Notes: generated by a model not told the origin, from the letters alone. Shown: positions 35,827 to 45,883, numbered from the stretch's first letter. The stretch: 64,000 nt of DNA from a virus (IMGVR_UViG_3300035661_000030:24799-88798); one strand, 5' to 3'. Translations and numbers: made by a program.

Positions 35827-38800
35827 ATGATTGGATCTGAAAAATATCAGTTATCAACTGGCGCAGCTGCTTATTATGATTTTACGTCAAGCATTGTTGA
35901 TAAATCAAAATATCCTCATATTACAAATCCATGTTTAACTAAAGATACATGGATTTTAACTACAGAGGGTCCAAGACAAATTGCAGATTTAATTAATAAA
36001 GAATTTACGGCCATTGTTAATGGTGAAAAATATAAATCAACTGGATTTTGGTCTACTGGCATTAAAAAAATTTATCAGTTAAAGACAGATCGTGGCTATA
36101 GTATTAAAGCAACTGAAAATCATAAATTTTATGTAGAAACTTCTAGAAAACGAAAATTTGGTGGTGGATATAACATTACTAATCAATGGAAAGAAGTGTC
36201 TGAATTAAAAAATAAAGATAAAATAGTATTAAATAATCAACGTGGTAACTCTTGGGAAGGTTATGGAGATTCTAATTTAGGTTGGTTGCTTGGACAAATT
36301 GTTGGTGATGGTGGATATAATGATGAAAACGGAATAACATATCTTAGATTTTGGGGAAAATCGCAAAATTTATTAGCTAATTATGCTAGAGATATTATTG
36401 AAGATAATTTTAAAGTTAGATCAGATTTTGGGGAAGGTGGAGGATTTAATAGAATTAATAGATGTTCTACGGTTCAATGTAAAGCATTAACCGAATTTGC
36501 TTCAAGATTCATTGAATCTAAAACAAAAGATTTTAAAGAATCATTAGAAAAAGAAACATCATCTTTATTTATTAAAGGTTTTATTAAAGGATTTTTTGAT
36601 GCAGATGGAACTGTAGCAAATAATCCATCTAAAGGAAGTTCTATTAGATTAGCTCAAAATGATTTAGAAAAACTTTATTCTGTTCAACGTATGTTGTCTA
36701 GATTTGGTATTATATCTACAATCTATACAAATAGAAGAAAAGCTGGATATAGATTAATGCCAGATTCTAATCGAGAGTTAAAAGAATATTGTTGTGAAGC
36801 GCAACATGAATTAATTATTAGTAAAGATAATATAAATGAATATTACGATCAAATTGGTTTTAATGAACCTTGTAAACAAGACAAATTAGAAGAAATTATA
36901 AATAATCAAAAAGAAGTTTATAAAGAAAGATTTTTATCTAATCTAGAGGAAATAATTTATTTAGGTGAGGAAGAAGTTTTTGATTGCACCGTAAATGGAA
37001 TACATGCTTTTGATGCTAATGGATTAATGTCACATAATTGTGGAGAAATTACATTAAATGCCAAAGGTGGTTATTGCGTCATTAGTGATATTGTTCCATT
37101 TTTCTGTAATTCATTAGATGAAGTTAAAGAAGTTGCTAAACAAGCTGTTAGATTTTTAATTAGAACTAATCTTATGGATGCAATTTATGCCGATGAAGTA
37201 AAACGTACTAATAGAATTGGCGTTGGTATGACTGGCTTACATGAATTTGCTTGGAAATTTTTTGGTTATGGTTTCTATGATCTAATTGATGAGTCAAAAT
37301 CTCAAATGTTTTGGGATTTTATTGGTGAACTGAGGCAGACGGTTGAAATTGAAGCCGCCTCCTACTCTCAGAAATTAGGTTTAAATACGCCGCATACTTG
37401 CACGACCATGAAACCCTCTGGCTCTATTAGCAAGCTATACGCTTTAACTGAGGGCGCACACTTAGCCGCTAGAAAATTTTATCTTCGTTGGGTGCAGTTT
37501 CAAAATAATGATCCTCTTTTAGAACAGTATAGAGAAGAGGGCTATCCAGTCAAAGAATTAACAACTTATCCTAACATTTCTATTGTTGGCTTTCCAACAA
37601 GACCTCTTATCGCATCTTTAGGAATGAAAGATAAATTAGTAACTGCACAAGAAGCTTCACCCGAAGATCAATATAAATGGCTTATGTTATTAGAAAAGTA
37701 TTGGTTGGGTGAAGGTAATAACCAAATTAGTTATTGTTTAGCTGGAGATAAAAAACATTTAATTACAACTTCAACTGGATTTAGACGTATTGAAAATATG
37801 GTCAAATCTGAAGTACCTGATAGATTTGGTGAAAAACAAAATGTAATTGATTTAATAGAAAATGGTAAAAAAGAAACAATTAAAATGACATTAACAAATG
37901 GTCTTTACATTCAAGGCACAAAAGATCATAAAGTTTTAACTTTAGATAATTTTAATAATTATGTTTGGACTAGATTGGAAGATTTAAGAATCAATGATTT
38001 AGTTTTACGACGTAAAAATGATAATATTTTTAGTTCTACTTATTCATTATTACCACAAAACACTTATTCTAGAAATAATTTTAAAGATATTACAATTCCA
38101 GAAAAAGTAACGAATGAATTTGCAGAATTTCTCGGCATGTTAATGTCGGATGGATCTATTAATGAAAATGGATTTTGTTTACATAATGAAGATTTAGAAG
38201 TATTAGATAGATTTGGATTTTTGGTTAAATCTTTATTTGGAATTACTGGAATTCGTAAACGTGATTTAAATACACAAAAAATGTATGATTTTGAATTTTA
38301 TTCAAGAGAATTAACACATTGGCTTTTATATGATTTAAAAATTCCTAAATATCATGATGATAATTATATTTTAGACTGTATTTTGCAGTCTCCTAAATCA
38401 GCAATTCAAGCTTTCATAAAAGGACACACATTAGACGGATATAATTGTGAAGATTATTTATATCCATTATGCACAGTTTCTAAACAAATGGCTTACGACA
38501 TATGCATATTAATGATTTCTATGGGATATAATGCATCGGTATCTTATAAAGAAGGTAGAGAGTATTATTTTACAGAAACAAATCAAGGAATTGGAAAATC
38601 TCAATATTCTGTAAGGATTCCTAAAACTGAAATTTCTAAATTTTTACAAGAAATTAAATTTGCAGAAGAAAGAAAAAATGTTGAAGCTAATTTAAATATA
38701 AAAGATAAAAATATTAAAAATAATGGAAAAGATAATTTACTATTTTTTAATCCATTCAAAGAATATTATTTAAAAAATAAAAAAACAATGTCTAATAAAT

Positions 38801-39288
38801 ATGGTCCTAAATTTAATAGATTAATGTATCAAGATAGACGATTTATTTCCAAAGAAAAAGCTTATGAATTTTTTGGCGATATAGATGAATTTAAACATAT
38901 TTTTGAAGATAAAAATATTATTTCTACACCAGTTAAGTCAGTTGAAATAATAGATGCATTAATTCATACATACGATATATCTGTTGAAGAATCTCATGAG
39001 TATTTAGCTAATACTATCATTGTTCATAATACTCTTAAAATTTCTACTGAAAAATATACATTAGAAGAATTTAGAGAAACATTTAAAAAGTATCAATCTA
39101 AAATTCGTTGCTGTTCAGTTCTTCCTCTTGCTAGTAATACTGAATTAAAAACTCTTTATGAATATTTACCAGAAGAAGATGTCACTGAAGAATACTTTAT
39201 GGAAATCCAGAATCGCATAAGAAAGAATAATGATGTTGGATTTGCTATGAGTGAATTAATGTGCGATGGTGGCGCTTGCCCGTTATAG
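35827..39288 (+). CDS. nrdJ: Class II ribonucleotide reductase, C-terminal part with two inteins
   Basis: NP|CGEI catalytic motif, IGVGMTG, KPSGSIS, terminal CDGGACPL; -1 frame relative to the N-part. Confidence 0.9.
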   Translation: MIGSEKYQLSTGAAAYYDFTSSIVDKSKYPHITNPCLTKDTWILTTEGPRQIADLINKEFTAIVNGEKYKSTGFWSTGIKKIYQLKTDRGYSIKATENHKFYVETSRKRKFGGGYNITNQWKEVSELKNKDKIVLNNQRGNSWEGYGDSNLGWLLGQIVGDGGYNDENGITYLRFWGKSQNLLANYARDIIEDNFKVRSDFGEGGGFNRINRCSTVQCKALTEFASRFIESKTKDFKESLEKETSSLFIKGFIKGFFDADGTVANNPSKGSSIRLAQNDLEKLYSVQRMLSRFGIISTIYTNRRKAGYRLMPDSNRELKEYCCEAQHELIISKDNINEYYDQIGFNEPCKQDKLEEIINNQKEVYKERFLSNLEEIIYLGEEEVFDCTVNGIHAFDANGLMSHNCGEITLNAKGGYCVISDIVPFFCNSLDEVKEVAKQAVRFLIRTNLMDAIYADEVKRTNRIGVGMTGLHEFAWKFFGYGFYDLIDESKSQMFWDFIGELRQTVEIEAASYSQKLGLNTPHTCTTMKPSGSISKLYALTEGAHLAARKFYLRWVQFQNNDPLLEQYREEGYPVKELTTYPNISIVGFPTRPLIASLGMKDKLVTAQEASPEDQYKWLMLLEKYWLGEGNNQISYCLAGDKKHLITTSTGFRRIENMVKSEVPDRFGEKQNVIDLIENGKKETIKMTLTNGLYIQGTKDHKVLTLDNFNNYVWTRLEDLRINDLVLRRKNDNIFSSTYSLLPQNTYSRNNFKDITIPEKVTNEFAEFLGMLMSDGSINENGFCLHNEDLEVLDRFGFLVKSLFGITGIRKRDLNTQKMYDFEFYSRELTHWLLYDLKIPKYHDDNYILDCILQSPKSAIQAFIKGHTLDGYNCEDYLYPLCTVSKQMAYDICILMISMGYNASVSYKEGREYYFTETNQGIGKSQYSVRIPKTEISKFLQEIKFAEERKNVEANLNIKDKNIKNNGKDNLLFFNPFKEYYLKNKKTMSNKYGPKFNRLMYQDRRFISKEKAYEFFGDIDEFKHIFEDKNIISTPVKSVEIIDALIHTYDISVEESHEYLANTIIVHNTLKISTEKYTLEEFRETFKKYQSKIRCCSVLPLASNTELKTLYEYLPEEDVTEEYFMEIQNRIRKNNDVGFAMSELMCDGGACPL
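35932..37038 (+). mobile_element. Intein 1 (369 aa, LAGLIDADG)
   Basis: C-L-T-K-D-T start, SHN|C end; LLGQIVGDG and FIKGFFDADG motifs. Confidence 0.95.
37735..39030 (+). mobile_element. Intein 2 (432 aa, LAGLIDADG)
   Basis: C-L-A-G-D start, VHN|T end; FLGMLMSDG and FIKGHTLDG motifs. Confidence 0.92.
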
Positions 39289-39290
39289 TT

Positions 39291-39322
39291 AAAAAAAAGG
39301 AGGGTCCAAACCCTCCTTTTTT
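39291..39322. terminator. Bidirectional terminator
   Basis: AAAAAAAAGGAGGG-TCCAAA-CCCTCCTTTTTT. Confidence 0.85.
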
Positions 39323-39464
39323 CTAGATGAACTTCCCTAGTGTTATCGGCGGCCCAAGCCATAGGGTATTGCGTTCACGGGTTCAATCTAGATTGATAAC
39401 TATGCCGTATCATAGTAATCGGGGCTATACTGGAGAAAATATGTGGTGAACGCTTATATCCACC
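39323..39464 (-). ncRNA. Candidate stand-alone small RNA
   Basis: Lies between its own promoter and a terminator; stems GCGTTCAC/GTGAACGC, ACTATG/CATAGT, CCCTA/TAGGG. Confidence 0.6.
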
Positions 39465-39499
39465 ATATATATTATAACAAAATCTAATTACTTTTTGCA
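39463..39499 (-). promoter_or_regulatory. Promoter (TGCAAA-17-TATAAT), twin of 20389-20425
   Basis: CCATATATATTATAACAAAAT identical in both places. Confidence 0.7.
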
Positions 39500-39510
39500 G
39501 TTTGATAGTT

Positions 39511-39544
39511 AAAGAAAAGCCCCCTTAATAGGGGGCTTTTTCTT
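39511..39544. terminator. Intrinsic terminator for the minus-strand early genes
   Basis: AAAGAAAAGCCCCC-TTAATA-GGGGGCTTTTTCTT. Confidence 0.85.
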
Positions 39545-39656
39545 GTTCAGCTTTTTTCTCTCCAGTTTTAACTGGCTGAGTATTAAGAATGTGTTCTGCT
39601 GTTTTTTCAACAATACTAGCCCAACGTTTTATTTCTGTTACGATCTGTTCAAACAT
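39525..39656 (-). CDS. Small protein (43 aa, not in track)
   Basis: AGGAG SD; MFEQIVTEIKRWASIVEKTAEH... Confidence 0.55.
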   Translation of the reverse strand: MFEQIVTEIKRWASIVEKTAEHILNTQPVKTGEKKAEQEKAPY

Positions 39657-39664
39657 ATTTTCTC

Positions 39665-39991
39665 CTAATTAATAATAAGATAATCTTCGTTATAATTTTC
39701 GAAAAATCTCTCCAGCGCCGCAATGTAAATGTTATTATCTTTATCTTCTTCTTCGAGAATGTAATCACAAATCATTTCCTTAATTGTGTCTCGTTCAATT
39801 AAAGTAATAGTAGCTGGTCCTCCCCAAGTAATATTGCTTTCACTTAAGTAATTCCAAAAATTAGTACACCAATCTTCACTTATGTTAATATAAACAAAAA
39901 TATCACTAATAGATTTAATATTGGCTAAAATATTATTTGCCATTAGATCAACCACCCTGGACTGAAACGAGAGTTTGAGGATCTTTCTCAA
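39665..39991 (-). CDS. Hypothetical acidic protein
   Basis: ORF in a packed early cluster; true start probably internal. Confidence 0.55.
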   Translation of the reverse strand: MRKILKLSFQSRVVDLMANNILANIKSISDIFVYINISEDWCTNFWNYLSESNITWGGPATITLIERDTIKEMICDYILEEEDKDNNIYIAALERFFENYNEDYLIIN

Positions 39992-40232
39992 GCATAAATC
40001 TATTTAAATAAGTAATTAAATCAATTTCAAACTGTTCTGGATCTTCATCATAAGCATCTAGTTTTGCTTGCATAGCGTCAATAATGTTTTTTAGATAAAT
40101 AAGAGCATATTCTACGCCATCTAAATGAATATCCATTTCACAATTAATAATATCATAAACAAGGTAATCAAGATCTTTATAATTTTTGCAAAGATCCTCT
40201 AAGCTGTAAGCCTTGTAGACCACTTCATTCAT
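39948..40232 (-). CDS. Hypothetical acidic protein
   Basis: Packed ORF. Confidence 0.55.
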   Translation of the reverse strand: MNEVVYKAYSLEDLCKNYKDLDYLVYDIINCEMDIHLDGVEYALIYLKNIIDAMQAKLDAYDEDPEQFEIDLITYLNRFMLEKDPQTLVSVQGG

Positions 40233-40611
40233 ATGTCACCTTTCCAGATTGTTCAATCATATATCCATCTTTAAAAGCAATACGCCATATGCAACCATCT
40301 TCACCACGACCATAAATAAAAGCATTTTCTTCTACGAATGGAGCGATAGTTTCAAATAATGTATTTTCATCACCTAACTTCTCACCTAAGAAATCGTCAA
40401 TGAAAAATGCATTTTCATAATAGCTTAATCCAAATCTCCATGATTCCATTGCATCTATTAATGATTTATATCCATGCTCATCAGAAGGTGAATTTACCCA
40501 ACAATATTGTTTATTATTAAGAAATAACGCATTAATAGCCTTCAAGCATTCTGAAACATTCTCTTCTTTAATTTTTACATTTTCAAATTCGTAGTTAACG
40601 CAATATCCCAT
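40225..40611 (-). CDS. Hypothetical protein
   Basis: Packed ORF; GEKLGD...GEDG..W pattern. Confidence 0.6.
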   Translation of the reverse strand: MGYCVNYEFENVKIKEENVSECLKAINALFLNNKQYCWVNSPSDEHGYKSLIDAMESWRFGLSYYENAFFIDDFLGEKLGDENTLFETIAPFVEENAFIYGRGEDGCIWRIAFKDGYMIEQSGKVTYE

Positions 40612-41369
40612 TATTTTTTCTCCGTTGCATTATCGGCGCAAGCCTCTGAACAGCAACATTCTCCATTTGGACCTTCAATTTCATCTTCTTTGGCAAATTT
40701 TTTACCGCAAACATCGCAAGTTGTTGTAATATCTTCATAACAAGTTTTACAAATGTATTCATCATTCCATACGATACCATCATCTATATGAATTGAGTTA
40801 TTACAAGAATCGCAATAGAAATAATTCTCAGCATAGCAATCTTCGCAATATTCACATTGTTCATCTTGTATAAAAATCATAAATTCTTTATCAAAAAATC
40901 CACCGCAGCAATCACATTTAGCATAAGCTTCTGCACATTCTTTACAATAAAGATTTCCATCAATTAATTTCCAATCATGTTCATATTCAGCATAATTTTG
41001 AATTTCTTGCTTATTATTAAAATGTACTGTTCCTTGACTATGATAAATTATTTTAACTGATCCATCATAAAAAATATCATCTATATTAATTTTAATGTTA
41101 TTAGAACAATCTTCATGATCGCAATGACAAAGTTCTATATAATTTACATCAGGACAATAACGGGCATTAGATTCTTCTACTCCAGCGCCTTCTGTAGCTG
41201 TTTCGTTTTCCAGATGTTCCATTATTGTCAGATTACGCTTTTTAACACCTTTACATGCTGGACAGCCAATTCCTCTGCGAAGCATATCTGCTTCCCACGC
41301 AATCATATCTCCGTGGTTAACTCCATATGCATCCCAGGGTTCTCCGCATTTAACGCAAAGAATATCCAT
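40611..41369 (-). CDS. Cys-rich multi-zinc-ribbon protein
   Basis: About ten CxxC-type pairs. Confidence 0.7.
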   Translation of the reverse strand: MDILCVKCGEPWDAYGVNHGDMIAWEADMLRRGIGCPACKGVKKRNLTIMEHLENETATEGAGVEESNARYCPDVNYIELCHCDHEDCSNNIKINIDDIFYDGSVKIIYHSQGTVHFNNKQEIQNYAEYEHDWKLIDGNLYCKECAEAYAKCDCCGGFFDKEFMIFIQDEQCEYCEDCYAENYFYCDSCNNSIHIDDGIVWNDEYICKTCYEDITTTCDVCGKKFAKEDEIEGPNGECCCSEACADNATEKK

Positions 41370-41623
41370 TATTTATCCCTTTTTATAATTGTTACCTGGA
41401 TACCATCTTTATGTTTGGTTGGGAAAAAATTCATTAATTCAATAATGTCTGTCATTAAGTCAGCTTGACCTTCAAGTGTTTCTGGGTATACTTTACTTTT
41501 AGTAATTAAAGATTCATTATCTTCTTTTTTTAAATCAGTAATAATTTCTTCGTAATATAAAATGTATCCATTATCTGCAATTGAAATAGCAAAATGACTT
41601 GTATATTCACTTGGAAATTTCAT
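41369..41623 (-). CDS. Hypothetical protein
   Basis: Packed ORF. Confidence 0.55.
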   Translation of the reverse strand: MKFPSEYTSHFAISIADNGYILYYEEIITDLKKEDNESLITKSKVYPETLEGQADLMTDIIELMNFFPTKHKDGIQVTIIKRDK

Positions 41624-41918
41624 TTACTTTAAATCTCCATTCCCAAAATTCTGTATGAAGTTTAAGTAAAGCTCGACCAAATTTATAATCAAGAATCGAA
41701 AAATCAACTCGACGAACTGGATCAGTGACAAATTTCCAGACTTCCATTTCACCAGATGATAAAGCTTGAGTTTTCCAAAGATCATTTGTATAACTACCAT
41801 TATTTTTAATAGTAAATTCGTATGGAATTCCTAATTCATCAAGTAACGCAAGACGACCAGCAATATTCCATTCTTGAAAAGACATACTCCAAAGTTCTCG
41901 CATTAATCCTCCTCGCAA
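41607..41918 (-). CDS. Hypothetical protein
   Basis: GAGG before an internal ATG. Confidence 0.5.
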   Translation of the reverse strand: MRGGLMRELWSMSFQEWNIAGRLALLDELGIPYEFTIKNNGSYTNDLWKTQALSSGEMEVWKFVTDPVRRVDFSILDYKFGRALLKLHTEFWEWRFKVNEISK

Positions 41919-42370
41919 AAAAGATCTGATACAACTATTTTTTTATTTTTAGTTTCCATAAAGCAATGAGGACTAAAATCAAAATTAAATTGATAATCAA
42001 ATGTTTTTTGAAATTTTATAGCTTCTTCGACAATTCTATCATTAAGCTTTAATGTATTAATTAATGCTTGCTCAATTAGATCTAGTCGAACAAGTTTTTT
42101 ATGATCTGTAATTGGATATAACTCTTCACGTTTAATAATATAAATACCATGAATAGGATCTTCAATTAGATCATATATTTTAGGGATATGTTCATATCCT
42201 TCTGATAATGCAAATTTATAATATTCATATTTAGGACGTTCTTTCGTTAATACAATTACTTTATTTCTATGACAATCATAAATTCGAGTTTTTATACTAT
42301 CATAAATACAAGCATATTCACTGTCTAAACCTTCAGTGAACTTCTTGATTAAGCTTGTCTTGAGCCGCAT
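41903..42370 (-). CDS. Kinase-like-fold protein, degenerate
   Basis: HIPKIYD, IIKREELYP, FDFSPHCFM, IVVSD are spaced like a minimal protein kinase. Confidence 0.4.
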   Translation of the reverse strand: MRLKTSLIKKFTEGLDSEYACIYDSIKTRIYDCHRNKVIVLTKERPKYEYYKFALSEGYEHIPKIYDLIEDPIHGIYIIKREELYPITDHKKLVRLDLIEQALINTLKLNDRIVEEAIKFQKTFDYQFNFDFSPHCFMETKNKKIVVSDLFCEED

Positions 42371-42926
42371 TAATTTCTTCCTCCATCTGTTCGATTGTTA
42401 CATCATATTCCCAAAAATCATCAATAGAAGCATCGAGCCTCACCCTGGGTTTAGATGAACAAGCTTCGTAGTAATGGAGTAATTCTCTTAGCGCCAAATA
42501 TCCATTATCGACAAATAATTGCTTATCTTCTGGTGAGTGTAAATGCCAATCGAATTCTCCCCAAGCATTCATACCTTGACCAATTTTAGATTTAAGATTT
42601 TCGGTATTAAGAGTGAATGTAACGATGCTTGTACTTGGATCATAATCAAGAATTTTCATCATAATTGGATCGTCAAAACAATCATCTACTTGATTATTGA
42701 AAAAAGATTCAATTTCATCAAGAATATATGTATTGATATTTTTAGTATATTTAATATGACGGTCGCAAACTTCCCGAGCAATTTCCCAATCATATTTTTT
42801 AAAATAATAACTACATGAATCCATTATGGCTTCCATAATGGCTTCTTCAAAATTACAAGAAGTATTTTTATTGATATTAAATAATTCTAAAAAATCTTCA
42901 AAGTCAATTTTGTATTCATGAATCAT
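42333..42926 (-). CDS. Hypothetical acidic protein
   Basis: 197-aa packed ORF. Confidence 0.6.
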   Translation of the reverse strand: MIHEYKIDFEDFLELFNINKNTSCNFEEAIMEAIMDSCSYYFKKYDWEIAREVCDRHIKYTKNINTYILDEIESFFNNQVDDCFDDPIMMKILDYDPSTSIVTFTLNTENLKSKIGQGMNAWGEFDWHLHSPEDKQLFVDNGYLALRELLHYYEACSSKPRVRLDASIDDFWEYDVTIEQMEEEINAAQDKLNQEVH

Positions 42927-43255
42927 GAATGAGTAATCTCCCTAGTAAAACATAGGTTAAATTTATCAATCAAATTACCACGTTCTTCGTAATCGTCATA
43001 ATCTTCACCAAATCGAAGAAAATGAATCTTATCTGGATGGATTGATTTTATAACTTTAACTAACTCATATTCAGGGTACCACTTAACATGATCATATTTA
43101 ATTAAAAATTGATCTTCATATTCTGTCGCAAGTTCTTTAATTTCATCTTGATCAATATTATTAAGTTTAGTTAAAATTTCTTCAAAAGTACTCTTTTCGA
43201 TAACAAAAGCTACTTGTGAGATATATCCCATTCTTCTTTTCCCATAATAATACAT
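42923..43255 (-). CDS. Hypothetical protein
   Basis: MGYISQV..KWYPEY...FLRFGEDYDD.EERG pattern common in small phage proteins. Confidence 0.6.
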   Translation of the reverse strand: MYYYGKRRMGYISQVAFVIEKSTFEEILTKLNNIDQDEIKELATEYEDQFLIKYDHVKWYPEYELVKVIKSIHPDKIHFLRFGEDYDDYEERGNLIDKFNLCFTREITHS

Positions 43256-43422
43256 GGATGGACTTGGAATGATTCTTTATTTTTCATTAAAGTTAAAGCA
43301 TGAAAAGCTGCAATCCATGAGTAGAAAATTTCGCCAGTACATTTTTCAAATCCGCAAGATTTACCTTCTCTATCTTTAAGTACTATTACCCATACTTCAA
43401 ACGGATACATGCGCCCATCCAA
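43210..43422 (-). CDS. Hypothetical protein
   Basis: Packed ORF. Confidence 0.45.
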   Translation of the reverse strand: MDGRMYPFEVWVIVLKDREGKSCGFEKCTGEIFYSWIAAFHALTLMKNKESFQVHPCIIMGKEEWDISHK

Positions 43423-43708
43423 ATGTTTCAGTTGTCCATTTAATACTACAGGTTTTTGTTACAGGGTCCATAGTTACTTTAAAGTAATATGGTTTACCTT
43501 TATATTTAACTACTTCATAATATTCACCATGAAAAGCAGTTACCCCAAATCTTTGACAAGTAACCTGATAGAAAATCTGTTCACTAATTTCATAGTTACG
43601 CCTTAATGATAAAGCCTCCTTTTCGGAGGCTTCACCAATTTTATTCGATAATCGAATTAGATGCGTAAACATATCCCAATGATTATTAATAACCGGCTTG
43701 TTCTGCAT
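43397..43708 (-). CDS. Hypothetical protein
   Basis: Packed ORF. Confidence 0.5.
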   Translation of the reverse strand: MQNKPVINNHWDMFTHLIRLSNKIGEASEKEALSLRRNYEISEQIFYQVTCQRFGVTAFHGEYYEVVKYKGKPYYFKVTMDPVTKTCSIKWTTETFGWAHVSV

Positions 43709-44414
43709 ATACGTCCCTATTCCAACCTTTTCGTTGAGGATCGCTAATCATTTGTGAATGCCATTTACTTTCGCGTTCGTATTTCTCTTGGCTTTCTTCG
43801 ATATTCCATTTTGGAGCAAATCCACCATGACTTATAAAGAAGCGATGACATTCAATTGGACCATCACAATCAGTACCGCCAGTATCACTATCAATAGACC
43901 AATATGGAAAACCATTTTCATCACGAACTAATTCAATTTCTAATTCTTCATAAGAAGAACCTTCTTCATGCCTTGCCCAAAAATAAATATTAGCTCTACC
44001 TTGATAAAGAGTTAGAATAAGATTTTGTCGATAAGCAGGAATCTCAATAGCGACTCCATCTGTTCCATAAATACAATTATCTTCGTCATCGAAAATAGTT
44101 TCCATTCCTTCGTCTGTATTAAAAAAGAATTCGCCGTATCCATCAAAAGTAACTTGCCTACCACCTACAGATTGACGAATGTAAAATGGTTCACACCATT
44201 TAAATTCTATAACTTCATATTCTTCTTTGCTATAAACATCATGCCTACTATTATTTTTAAAATCAAAAAATCTATCTAATAATTCTGGTTTTGTGCTATA
44301 TCTGCAACCAGAAAGTCTATTTTTAAGTTCTTCACCTGTAGTAAACGGAAACTCAATATCTCCACTATACTCACAAGGAAACTTTTTTGTTTTTTTATTA
44401 CGAATAATAAACAT
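43686..44414 (-). CDS. Hypothetical protein
   Basis: 242-aa ORF. Confidence 0.6.
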   Translation of the reverse strand: MFIIRNKKTKKFPCEYSGDIEFPFTTGEELKNRLSGCRYSTKPELLDRFFDFKNNSRHDVYSKEEYEVIEFKWCEPFYIRQSVGGRQVTFDGYGEFFFNTDEGMETIFDDEDNCIYGTDGVAIEIPAYRQNLILTLYQGRANIYFWARHEEGSSYEELEIELVRDENGFPYWSIDSDTGGTDCDGPIECHRFFISHGGFAPKWNIEESQEKYERESKWHSQMISDPQRKGWNRDVYAEQAGY

Positions 44415-44454
44415 TATTCATCCCCAAGAATAAGTAAGTAATAATTTAGCATTT

Positions 44455-45732
44455 TTACTTATTCCTTATCTTAATAGCTGAAGCATGACGAGGGACGCCG
44501 TAAATACTTAGAACCTGATATTTGAATTCAATTTCAGATCCAAGATAAGCTTCCTTATTATCCCAAATTCTCTTACGAGATTCATGATTAAGATTTCCAG
44601 GTGCAACTTCAAACGTTACATCAATCCACTTTACCATAAACTTACCAACCAACCCCTGGTGTTGCCCTTCGCCTTCAAGAATTTCAGTAATAATACCTTC
44701 CGTAGTTTCTTCTGGTTTAATCTTAATCCAATCACTAGATCGTTTACTTCCGGCAGAGGGTTGATATACATGATTAGCAGTTTTTAATACCGCGCCTTCA
44801 TAACCTTGTTCCAAGAACTCTTGATAATATTTAGTAATTAATGAATGGAATTCTTCTTCACTCTTAGCTTTAATTTTGTATGTAGGAATTAATCTAATTC
44901 CTTTTGGTTTATAATCTTCTAATAAATTACGAGTAATTGCATATGTAGTAAAATAAGGTTCTTTGTGATTCTTTTCCATCCATTGTTCATAATTATATAT
45001 ACCAAACAATGTATACACGGCATCTTCAGCTTGTTCATCTTTACGGCGAATTGCACCAGTTTCTTCTAATGAAGTACCTGATTCAATTTCTCCATCCATT
45101 ACAAAACTTAACTTCCACATCTTTTCATTAATTTCTTGTTCAAGATGACGTAATGATGTAATTGGTTTACCTGTACGTGTATAAAATTTAATAGTATCAA
45201 AAGCTTTCTTAATTCCAATGTTACGCATTCCATCAATCTTTGGCTGAATGTAATGTTCTTTAGTCCAATCAATATTTTTTACTTTTTTATACTGTTGTGC
45301 GAACATTACTTCGAATTGCTCAATCTTGAAAAGTTTGCACAACTTATTAATGTCAGTTGCACCAATGCCAAGTCGAGTTTTATTTTCGAGAATATTAATA
45401 AACATTTTGATTTCTGCTGGCATTAATTGATCAGCAAAATCAATACATTTTTGCACTCCAGCATTACCTCTAAGTTCTTCTGACGCAAGCATTTTTAAAA
45501 GTTGAAATAATTCAAAATCTAATTCATAATCAGGCTTTATCATAATTGGCATCATACCAGATAAACCTTTAGATACCTTTAGAGTATCAACAAAAAATCT
45601 AACATCTTTATCAAAGATAAGATTTAAAAGTTCTGGATGAAACGTGCTAATTTTACATGCTTCATCCAGTTCCCAAGCCTTATCTGCTTTTGTTTTAATT
45701 GTTGAAATCTTATTCAGAGTCTCTAGGATCAA
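44455..45732 (-). CDS. ATP-dependent DNA ligase
   Basis: QPKIDGMR (KxDG), MDGEI, EGAVLK, WIKIKP motifs. Confidence 0.95.
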   Translation of the reverse strand: MILETLNKISTIKTKADKAWELDEACKISTFHPELLNLIFDKDVRFFVDTLKVSKGLSGMMPIMIKPDYELDFELFQLLKMLASEELRGNAGVQKCIDFADQLMPAEIKMFINILENKTRLGIGATDINKLCKLFKIEQFEVMFAQQYKKVKNIDWTKEHYIQPKIDGMRNIGIKKAFDTIKFYTRTGKPITSLRHLEQEINEKMWKLSFVMDGEIESGTSLEETGAIRRKDEQAEDAVYTLFGIYNYEQWMEKNHKEPYFTTYAITRNLLEDYKPKGIRLIPTYKIKAKSEEEFHSLITKYYQEFLEQGYEGAVLKTANHVYQPSAGSKRSSDWIKIKPEETTEGIITEILEGEGQHQGLVGKFMVKWIDVTFEVAPGNLNHESRKRIWDNKEAYLGSEIEFKYQVLSIYGVPRHASAIKIRNK

Positions 45733-45883
45733 TTATTTCTCCACAGATATTACATTCACCAAAGTAATCTTCATCCTTTTCCATGATTGGAAGCATGAAA
45801 TTACGTCCATGACGGAGACAATAAATATCTCCTTCTTCTTTATCATAATAACCAATTACTTTTGTACTATTGTTCGAAGGCAT
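45710..45883 (-). CDS. Small zinc-finger protein (57 aa, not in track)
   Basis: YCLRHG...ECNICG; fills the gap between genes. Confidence 0.45.
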   Translation of the reverse strand: MPSNNSTKVIGYYDKEEGDIYCLRHGRNFMLPIMEKDEDYFGECNICGEIIDPRDSE

